From positions 1 to 12,593 of the forward strand of contig JBBQSO010000123.1 in the NCBI GenBank assembly GCA_038213805.1: 12,593 nucleotides of DNA, written 5' to 3'. Shown one piece after another: positions 1-7,500 of this stretch. Position numbers and translations under genes: made by a program. The stretch comes from Planctomycetota bacterium. Its GTDB lineage: Bacteria > Planctomycetota > UBA11346. Below the pieces are notes generated by a model. That model was given only the letters and a program-made list of their open reading frames with translations. It did not search any database and had not been told where the DNA came from. Positions within the stretch are counted from its first letter, which is position 1. Every line of letters starts with the position of its first letter.

Positions 1-15
1 CAATGCCGTTCACTT
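1..15 (+). repeat. IS terminal inverted repeat, transposase-distal end (IRR)
   Basis: CAATGCCGTTCACTT is the exact reverse complement of 1339-1353. The transposase stop codon (15-17) overlaps it by one base. Confidence 0.95.
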
Positions 16-1280
16 TAGCCACGTCTTTTCGTGCGCCCATACGGCAGCTTCGAAACGCGCGGAAATGAGCGTCCCGGCCGAGGTTTGTAGGCATGTCGTC
101 GTGCCTCGGTAATCATGGCATCGATTTTGGCAGGACTGCCGTCATCGAGGGCTTTGGCGAGACAGATGCGGGCGATTTCGCGCGAGACGGTGCGATTGGC
201 GCGCTTGTCGTCGGTCAGCCCTGCCTGGACGGCAGCGTGGATGGCCGAGGTTAATGCGACCCACATAAGGACGGTGGCGATCTCTTGCTGGATGCCAGCG
301 GTGCTGCGGGCATGGAAACGTTCGATGCCAAAGGCTTCTTTCATTTCGCGGAAGAGCGTCTCGATACCCCAGCGTTTGCCGTAAATGTCGATGATATCCT
401 TGGCCTCGAAGCCGTGCTTGGGCAGCAAGGTGGTGAGAATGACCATGGTGTCGCGCTTCATCTGGTGCTTCAGCGGTCGCCCGCGCAGCGCCGGACGGCG
501 GATCAAGCGGACAGTCGTCGTGCGACCATTATCTAAACGGCATTCGATGACGGCCGTCTTCGCGCGAGAAGCAACAAAGGCCTTCACCTCCGGCCACGCG
601 CCTGCCTTTGCTGCGGTCATGCGCATGACCACGTCCACGCCGTGGTCCACGAACAGCGCCAACAACCAACGCGCTGGATAGCCGCGATCCATGATCATCA
701 CGTCGCCCGGGCGCAGGCGCTTCAGTAGCGGCGCGGCTGCCGCGCGTTCGCCCGATCCCTTCGGCAGCAGCACCCAATCCAGCGGCAGTCGCCGCACGAC
801 ATCATAGGCGACTACCACCAGCGCCCGAGGATAGTGAGCGAAGAGCCATGGGTTGCTCTTGGGCGCATCCAGATCGGCCATCGTCGAGGGACTGCGCGGA
901 CAGACCAGGCTGGTGGCATCCACCGCGAAGAACCGGCGATCCCGGCGGACTCCAGGATCGCCTGGCAACAAGCGACCAAGGTGGTCCACCAGTTGATGCA
1001 GCACGTGGCGGAATACTTCGACCGGAACCTTCTTTCGTGCCATGCTCAGACTGCTCTTCGACGTTGCCACCACCACGCCCAGTGCGCGACACGACTCCTG
1101 CGCCAAATCGGTCAGCACCGTCGCATAACTCGAGCGCACATCCGGGCGAGTCAGGAGCATCACCGCAACCACCACTGACCGCGGCGACCATCGTCGTATG
1201 CGGGTGAAAGACGTCGCCACGCCGCGCAGCGCAACGGAGAGGTGATGGAGGAGATCATGCGCAGAAGTATGAGGGCTCAT
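15..1280 (-). CDS. tnp: IS4-family DDE transposase (421 aa from ATG 1280, MSPHTSAH...)
   Basis: Catalytic motifs FFAVDAT (D1), MIMDRGY (D2) and YGKRWGIETLFREMK, an exact Y-x2-R-x3-E-x6-K (YREK) IS4 signature. Basic C-terminus (RPGRSFPR). The ORF-track start at 1427 lies outside the IS, so the first ATG inside the element (1280) was chosen. Confidence 0.93.
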   Translation of the reverse strand: MSPHTSAHDLLHHLSVALRGVATSFTRIRRWSPRSVVVAVMLLTRPDVRSSYATVLTDLAQESCRALGVVVATSKSSLSMARKKVPVEVFRHVLHQLVDHLGRLLPGDPGVRRDRRFFAVDATSLVCPRSPSTMADLDAPKSNPWLFAHYPRALVVVAYDVVRRLPLDWVLLPKGSGERAAAAPLLKRLRPGDVMIMDRGYPARWLLALFVDHGVDVVMRMTAAKAGAWPEVKAFVASRAKTAVIECRLDNGRTTTVRLIRRPALRGRPLKHQMKRDTMVILTTLLPKHGFEAKDIIDIYGKRWGIETLFREMKEAFGIERFHARSTAGIQQEIATVLMWVALTSAIHAAVQAGLTDDKRANRTVSREIARICLAKALDDGSPAKIDAMITEARRHAYKPRPGRSFPRVSKLPYGRTKRRG

Positions 1281-1338
1281 TAGGCCCGAAGAAATTTTTT
1301 TTAAAGCGTTGTCAATACTAATATTATGGGTGGTTCGT
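1281..1338 (-). promoter_or_regulatory. AT-rich IS leader, probable transposase promoter region with a TTGACA hexamer (1315-1310, minus strand)
   Basis: The most conspicuously AT-rich stretch in this GC-rich window. It has a perfect TTGACA on the transposase strand followed by an A8 tract, but no convincing -10 box at 16-18 bp. Confidence 0.4.
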
Positions 1339-2493
1339 AAGTGAACGGCATTGGGTCGGGGGCTGGAGTGGGGTCGAGAGGGGCGGAGCGCCAGCTGGAT
1401 CGCTGGTGACGGCGAGCCGATGGGCATTGATCGCTGGGTCGGTCGGCCGGAACCATGCTGGTGTGGCCGATTCCCATGAGTCGTCCTTGTGGCCGACGAG
1501 TTCGAGGAGGGCGCCGCGCAGGAAGGCTTCGTCCTTCATTCCCTCGTAACGCTGGATCCGGCCGGTGCGGCGATCGACGAAGACGTAGGTCGGCGTCACC
1601 TTGATGGCCATGGTCGTTCCCAGCTCGGTCTGATCCAACCAGTTCTCGATGTAATGCGTTTCGACACCGGAGTACTGCAGGAAATCGAGCTGCGACTGGG
1701 TGGTCACACTGTCATTGTCCATCGATACCGTGATGATGCGTGGTCCGAGCTCACGATTGAAGACCTCGGTTCCGAATCTTGCGAAATCCTTGAAGCCCCG
1801 CATGGAGAATGGGCAGTGATGATCCCAGAAGAACATAACTTCCACCATGCGCATGGTGGTTCGCCCCGGGGTACGCGGAACATCTTCCGGCTTGATTCCC
1901 GCGACACGGGCCTGCTGGGGATTCATTACCTGGACGCCCCAATCATCAGCCGTGTGGCCGACGGGCGGCGTCAGCGCGCGATCATTGCTCAACTCGCTCT
2001 TCGGCGGTCGGAACGCCTCGGCCGTCACGAAACCGTGGTCGATGGCGGTCTTCTGCATGATCTGCGAGGCTTCGAGGTAGCGGCGGGCGCGGGTGCGCGA
2101 GGATTCGAGGTAGGCGAGTGCGGTGGTCTCGCTGGGGTTGTCGAGGAAGTTCTTGGTGAAGACGTCGGGGAAGCGCGGGCGGGGATTGCCGTTGGCGTCG
2201 TAGACGGTCTCGGTCCACAGCGGCAGGGGTCCGATCTCGGAGTCGAGGAAGGTCTGCTCGGGGTGGCGCCAGACGGCGCGGTAGATGTCGCCGTGGTCGG
2301 TGGGGATCCAGGTGCCGCCTGCCTGACGGGGCAGCGGCGCCGGGGCGGCGGAGGTCGCGATGGGATCGACGGACTCGTCGACCACGATGATCAGGTCTTC
2401 GGTCACGGGCTCCTCGCCTGGAAGCGAAGCGCCCATGGCCAGCAGAAGCAGGACGATGAGAAGAGCGCAGTTCGGGGCGGGTCGCCAAATCAT
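1324..2493 (-). CDS. traF: TraF-like exported thioredoxin-fold pilus assembly protein (389 aa); native C-terminus replaced by IS sequence
   Basis: The ATG at 2493 overlaps the upstream stop (ATGA, 2493-2490) and is followed by a signal peptide (LLIVLLLLAMGA). FLDNPSETTALAYL...RARRY resembles the TraF N-terminal helical motif (A.dNPt.env..Y...q). Thioredoxin-like VMFFWDHHCPFS and cis-Pro loop IKVTPTYVFVD are present. The last 9 aa (QCRSLTNHP) are read from inside the IS. Confidence 0.65.
   Translation of the reverse strand: MIWRPAPNCALLIVLLLLAMGASLPGEEPVTEDLIIVVDESVDPIATSAAPAPLPRQAGGTWIPTDHGDIYRAVWRHPEQTFLDSEIGPLPLWTETVYDANGNPRPRFPDVFTKNFLDNPSETTALAYLESSRTRARRYLEASQIMQKTAIDHGFVTAEAFRPPKSELSNDRALTPPVGHTADDWGVQVMNPQQARVAGIKPEDVPRTPGRTTMRMVEVMFFWDHHCPFSMRGFKDFARFGTEVFNRELGPRIITVSMDNDSVTTQSQLDFLQYSGVETHYIENWLDQTELGTTMAIKVTPTYVFVDRRTGRIQRYEGMKDEAFLRGALLELVGHKDDSWESATPAWFRPTDPAINAHRLAVTSDPAGAPPLSTPLQPPTQCRSLTNHP
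1339..1353 (-). repeat. IS terminal inverted repeat, transposase-proximal end (IRL)
   Basis: AAGTGAACGGCATTG is the exact reverse complement of 1-15. Confidence 0.95.
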
Positions 2494-3278
2494 GGTGTGC
2501 GCCCGGGATGACGGCGATCGTAGTCGGCTTCCCAGTCCTGAGCGTGCGCGATCCAGGCGACCAGGTCGAAGGCCGGGCCGAAGCCGTCGAGGGTATGGAT
2601 CCGACCGCTCGGCGAAATGAGCCGGAAGCAGGGCGTGGTCTCGACGCGCAGCACGCGGGCGGCGGTCGGGTCGGACAGCACGCCGATGCCCTGGTGATGG
2701 AACTGGGTGAGGAAAAGATTGGTTTCGCCTAGCCAGTCCTTCCAGGCGGCGAGAATCCCGCGCGAGCGCTCCAGGTCGCCGACCTTTGCGGCCGCCATCA
2801 TGGTCTCGCGATAGGTATTGCAGCGGAAGGTCATCTCCTCCCACTTGCGCAGGCTGGCGAGGTGGATGATGCGCTGGCTAGCGAGGCCGGAGCCGCGCAC
2901 CCGCACCAGCGCAGACACCAGACCGGTGAGATCGGGCTCGGCCATGGTCCAGAAGGTCCACAGCCGCCAGCCGTTGCCGGCCAGGGGATCCCGCTCGGCG
3001 GCGTCGGCGACCACGGCCGGGTCACGTAGCACGAGGTGCGAAGCGACGTCCGCCTGAATGCCCTTAAGCATGGACTCGAGATCGACGAGATCGGCGGTGC
3101 CGTCCTGGTGCATCGGGGCCAGGACCTGGTCGGTGAGGGATTTCAGCGAGATGGGATGCGGCGCCTGCGGACGCTGATGCTCGACCAGCCATGGATCAGC
3201 GGCATGCAATGCCGGCGACAGTACCGACGGCAGCGCCGCCAACACCGACAACATCATGAGCAGGGTCGTGGCGGGCAT
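2490..3278 (-). CDS. trbC: TrbC-like (F-type pilin assembly, thioredoxin-like) exported protein, 262 aa
   Basis: RBS GAGGGA 2 nt upstream of the ATG and a signal peptide (…SPALHA/ADP). C-terminal GVLSDPTAARVLRVETTPCFRL resembles the TrbC_Ftype motif (IDP..F..f.I..VPafV). It lies directly after traU, as in plasmid F. Confidence 0.55.
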   Translation of the reverse strand: MPATTLLMMLSVLAALPSVLSPALHAADPWLVEHQRPQAPHPISLKSLTDQVLAPMHQDGTADLVDLESMLKGIQADVASHLVLRDPAVVADAAERDPLAGNGWRLWTFWTMAEPDLTGLVSALVRVRGSGLASQRIIHLASLRKWEEMTFRCNTYRETMMAAAKVGDLERSRGILAAWKDWLGETNLFLTQFHHQGIGVLSDPTAARVLRVETTPCFRLISPSGRIHTLDGFGPAFDLVAWIAHAQDWEADYDRRHPGRTP

Positions 3279-3334
3279 AGTCCCTCATCGTCCTGCGTCG
3301 GGAGCGCAGTCAAACGTGGCAGGAGTAGGAGCCT

Positions 3335-4585
3335 TCACTCCCCGTCGATCAACTGCGGCAAATAGCCTTTGCCGACGTCGAAGTGCTTGGATGCCGTGTC
3401 GCTCGAGGGAATACACCACATGCAGCAAGTGAAGCGTGGCCACAGCGCGCCGGAGACATTGCGATCCTTGTCGCTGAACTTTGGGCCATCCGAGATGGCA
3501 TTATTATTGGTCTCGGCGATCGTTTTGGAGCCGACTTGCGGCATCCACAGCTCCATGTCCCCGTCGATGTCGTTCGAGAGTTGTGAGGTGTCGATGCAGC
3601 TGCTTTTCTTGGTCGGCCACAGCGGCTGGATGTAACCGCCGCGGGTCAGCATTGCGTGCATCGCCGATTCACCATAGCTGTAGGACGAGCTGGAATGCGC
3701 CGAGGCCACCAGCGGCCCGCCCATGCGCAAATGCAGCGGACCATAGAGCATGAAGACGCCGTAGGTGGGATTGAGCGCGTCGTAGGCGCTATCGACCAGT
3801 CCCAGGCCCTGCGACTCGGCGGGATTCACGCCGGCCGACGGGTAGACTGTGCCCCATCCACCGTGGCAGAACACTTTGTAGTAGTCGACGGCGCACAGGC
3901 CGGGGGTTTCGATCACCCGGCTGATGGCGGTGAACGGCGTCAGCCAGGGCACATACCAGTAGGCCGAGACCACGCCGCGCCAGTTGCCGAATTCGGTGCC
4001 GTTCTGGTGGTCACCCTCGGAGGAGAAGGCGTACCCGTAGGGGGTACGCGTGAACTCGTACATGGGCGAGCACAGCGTTTCGAAGGACACCGCGCTGGCG
4101 ATGTATTTGACGATGCTGGCGGTCAGAAACATGTTGATGCAGCGGCCCTGCGTGGTGTTCGACGCCGAGGCGAAGTCGCCCACACGCTGCACCATGGTCT
4201 TCTCAGTGGGCGCCATGTTCTCGTTGAGGCTGTCCATGTGTTCTTCGAGCTGCGACGAGTCGATGGACAGGTGGCCCTGGCGGTCGGAACCCTCGATCAT
4301 CGCCATCGGGGTGTTCATATCGTAGCGGAGGCACACCAGTTCGAAGGGGATGAAGTCGACGGGGCAGATCTCGGTGCCCTTCCACTTGAGGGTCTTGAGG
4401 AAGCAGTTGTCCATCGCGCCGTCGCCGAGGACGTCGATCACGTCCGATTCGGTGAGGTAGGAATCGACTGTGCTCACCGTCGAGCCGGGGGAGTCGCCAG
4501 CGCCGACGCTGGCTTCGGCGGCCAGCCACGTGTTCCCGGACATCAGGGTCAAAAGCAGCAGGAGGGCCCAGCGCAGCGCACGCAT
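3335..4585 (-). CDS. traU: TraU-family conjugative transfer protein (416 aa from ATG 4585)
   Basis: Signal peptide MRALRWALLLLLTLMSGNTWLA and 11 Cys in the mature part. TraU-like motifs are C.....P...IE near the N-terminus, GGWGTVYP.AG, and near-terminal LWPRFTCC. SD-like AGGTGA upstream; the ATG is 1 nt after the upstream stop. Confidence 0.75.
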   Translation of the reverse strand: MRALRWALLLLLTLMSGNTWLAAEASVGAGDSPGSTVSTVDSYLTESDVIDVLGDGAMDNCFLKTLKWKGTEICPVDFIPFELVCLRYDMNTPMAMIEGSDRQGHLSIDSSQLEEHMDSLNENMAPTEKTMVQRVGDFASASNTTQGRCINMFLTASIVKYIASAVSFETLCSPMYEFTRTPYGYAFSSEGDHQNGTEFGNWRGVVSAYWYVPWLTPFTAISRVIETPGLCAVDYYKVFCHGGWGTVYPSAGVNPAESQGLGLVDSAYDALNPTYGVFMLYGPLHLRMGGPLVASAHSSSSYSYGESAMHAMLTRGGYIQPLWPTKKSSCIDTSQLSNDIDGDMELWMPQVGSKTIAETNNNAISDGPKFSDKDRNVSGALWPRFTCCMWCIPSSDTASKHFDVGKGYLPQLIDGE

Positions 4586-4586
4586 C

Positions 4587-7500
4587 TCAATCACCTGAGG
4601 CCTCCGGCACGGCATTGGCCGGATCGATGAACCACAGGTAGGCGTCCCACACCGGCATGCGTGGACTCAGGATGGCGAACTGCTCGGGCGTGGTGAGGGC
4701 CACCGCCTCGTCCCCTGGCCACGATACGCCGGACTCGCTGGCGGCGGATACCACCAGCGCCACCCAGGCACCGCGATCCTCACGGTAGACTTGGCCCTTG
4801 GCGACCAAGCGCAGCAGATCCGCATTCTGGCTCGCCCAGCCATCCCAGAGGGCCTTGGCGCTGGCCCAGGCGGCGTGCTTAGCCGGGAACTCGGCAGTGG
4901 CGATCTCGTAGGCCTTGTAGTCGGCGGCTGCTTTCTGCCAGCTGGCGAGACGGTCCTGGTAGTCCTTGGTATCACTGGCGAACTGGGTGATGGCCGTGCT
5001 GCGCTGGGTGAAGATCGCCTGGTACCAGTCGACCTGGGGCTTGAGTGCGAGCGCCTGGTAATACGGGATGGTCATGGGGTGCGCGATGCTCGCCCAGGAG
5101 ACGTCGTGGCCCGCCGCATCCCTTGGGTGGATGCGGCCCTCATCGTTGGGATCGTTCGAGGCGAGCGCGCGGAGCTCGCCGCTCGGCACGGAGATGCCTG
5201 CGCTGCTCGGCCAGTACTGTCCCGCCACCGTGGCGCCGCTGGCCAGGTCTGAGAAGGTGATGGCGTCGAAATTGACCGAAGCCGGAAAAGTGACGGCTGC
5301 GGGAACCTGGCCGAAGAGGTAGCTCGAGGCATTGGTCCCGGGAATGCCCATGGGATACAGCGCGTCGACGTCATCTGGTGTCCACACCGCTGGCAGGGAG
5401 GCTGTCCCGCCGCCACCCTGGCCCGACATGCGCACCCGCAGCCAGCCGGTGACCGCGGTGTCATAGTGCACCGTGACCGTATCCAGGTACTTCGCGTACT
5501 GGGCCTGCGGCTCCAGGCCGTCGTAGCCTGACAGGTCCCTCCACAGTGCCCACGCGGTGCTGTAGCCGGCGAGCAGCGCCGGAGTCGGCAAGGCGATCAG
5601 GGGGGTGAAGGTCGGGCCTGTCCCATACCCATCCCAATTCTGCAGCGAAGCGGCGGGAGCGTGCGGAGTGTTTCCGGGCCAGTCGACGAACGTCGGCGTC
5701 GCGGGCTCGATCCCCGGTTCGGGCGGGGCCTCGGGAAGGGTCACGTTGGAGGCCAGGAGATCGGCGTAGCCGGCGGGATGAAGAAGGTCGTAGATGTGCT
5801 CGATGCGCGCGGCGCTTGCGGCCACGTCGGTGCTGCGCAGATAGGTCTCGAAGCGCTGACGCCGGGCGAATTCCCCGGAACTGATGTCAAGCGCGCCCGG
5901 CGGCGGGGCGCACTGGTCCCAACCCTCGGTGAACACGTCCTTGGGATCCGCATTGCGGCCGTAGTGGATGTAGACCGAACTCGCGCGGTCGTGGTAGAGC
6001 ACCAGCATCGGATGGCGGAACTGGATGGTCATGCTGCTGGCGAAGGGCTGCGCGGCATCGGGTGCCCATTGCCGGCTGTCGTTCATCGGCCAGCTGCGCA
6101 GCGTGCAGGCGTAGGCGGCGAGCCCGGCCGGCATCGATCCATCAATGCGCACGGGAATGCCGTCGAAATCACCCAGGGTGTCCGGCTTGACCGTGGCGAT
6201 ACGGTTCTCGCCAAAAGACTTCTGCCCGAAATCACCATTCACGCCCATGGTGTCCTGGCCATTCATGCCGATGTAGGGCTCCTTATGGTCGAGCCACTGC
6301 AGGCAGATCTCCTTGATGATGTCCTCCTCATTGGAGCTCTCGATGTCGTGCCGCCCGCCGGTGGGGTCGGTCAGCGTCAGGGAACGGGTCTCAGGGAAGT
6401 AGACGTTGCCCCCCTCCTTGCCGAGCACCGCCTTGATCGCCTCCTTGTCATCGTACTCCAGGCAGATCAGGCGGACGCTGTGCGGCATCCGGCGCGCCAT
6501 GTCCAGTTCCCATTCGCGACCGCGCGCGGCCGAGAACAGGAAGATCTGCTCCTTCATCAGGCGCGCGCGGCGTTCGGTGGCTTGGCGGGTGCGCTCGTTG
6601 GCCTGCTCGGGACTGGCCAACGACGCCAGCAGTGGGCCGGTCAGACCCCCACCACTTTCGCTGCGTTCAACCCGTGCGGAGCCCGGGGCGACCGTGGCGG
6701 TGTTGAGCGCGGGCGAGGCGAGGTTCCAATTGTTGAACCGCTGCGGGATGCACACCGAGTACAGGCAGGTCTCATTAGCCGCGGGCAGCTCGCGACCGGT
6801 GAAGTCATAGTTCCACATCCGGCGCAGCAGGGCGATTTGCTCGGCCACCGTCTTGGGACGGATCTTCTTGCCGCGGAACAGGTATTCGGTGAACCCACCG
6901 ACGACATCGAAGAGGCGCTGGCCGGAGGGAATGCGCACGTTGCCGATGCCGCGCCCGGGACCATAGATGTCGGTGCGCCCATCCCAGGGTGCGACATGGA
7001 AGGTCGCGCGGCCCGGATCGATCCATGGCATCGGGCTCAGCCAGCCGGGGGCGGTATAGAGCACCGTACCGTCTACCCACGCAGCGGCGGGCCCGGGCGG
7101 ATTCGCTGCGGTATTTTCACGCAGCAACCATTCGACCATGACCGTGCCGCTGGCATCGTTGACCAGCCCGGCGTGGGTGATCTTGGGCTTGAGATCGGCG
7201 TAGCCGGGGAACCGGCCCATGTCCGCGGAGTTGAGCCGGAACGCCTGGTCGGTCTTCTGCTTGGCGAGGTTGAAGAATTTCGCGATGAGATCCGATTTGC
7301 CGCGCCAGGCGAGGTTCCAGGGAAAGACGTACGATTGCGGATCGGCGGTGCCGGTGCCGCCCTCGGCGGTCGATTTCACGGTCGGATAGTCCCACATGTA
7401 GGTATCGGCCACCGGTGGGCCGGGGATGGCCGGGGTCTCCATCGGGATCAGCGAAAGGTCGAAGGGGTGTTCGGAGCCATCCCCATCGTCGACGGCGACG

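Larger units (their letters stand above)
1..1353 (-). mobile_element. Complete IS4-family insertion sequence (1353 bp)
   Basis: Perfect 15-bp terminal inverted repeats (CAATGCCGTTCACTT at 1-15; AAGTGAACGGCATTG at 1339-1353) enclose a single DDE transposase ORF. The ends resemble IS4-type ends (xAATGCCG..CA.TT), and the length is typical. The left flank is outside the window, so the target-site duplication cannot be confirmed. Confidence 0.95.

Noticed and set aside
1281..1427. 49-aa N-terminal extension of the transposase (ORF-track start 1427)
   Set aside because: It begins outside the IS inverted repeat, within the traF-like gene, so it is a chance open frame created by the insertion.
2494..2844. 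117-aa N-terminal extension of the traF-like ORF (506-aa call)
   Set aside because: It overlaps trbC-like in another frame and is Arg-rich junk. The ATG at 2493 has an ATGA coupling and a signal peptide.
3279..3334. Small CTGCG/CGCAG hairpin in the traU-trbC gap as a terminator
   Set aside because: Only a 5-bp stem with no U-tract, which is expected by chance at this GC content.
1489..4630. + strand ORFs 1489-2511 and 3656-4630
   Set aside because: Antisense to the traF-like and traU-like genes, with no recognisable motifs.
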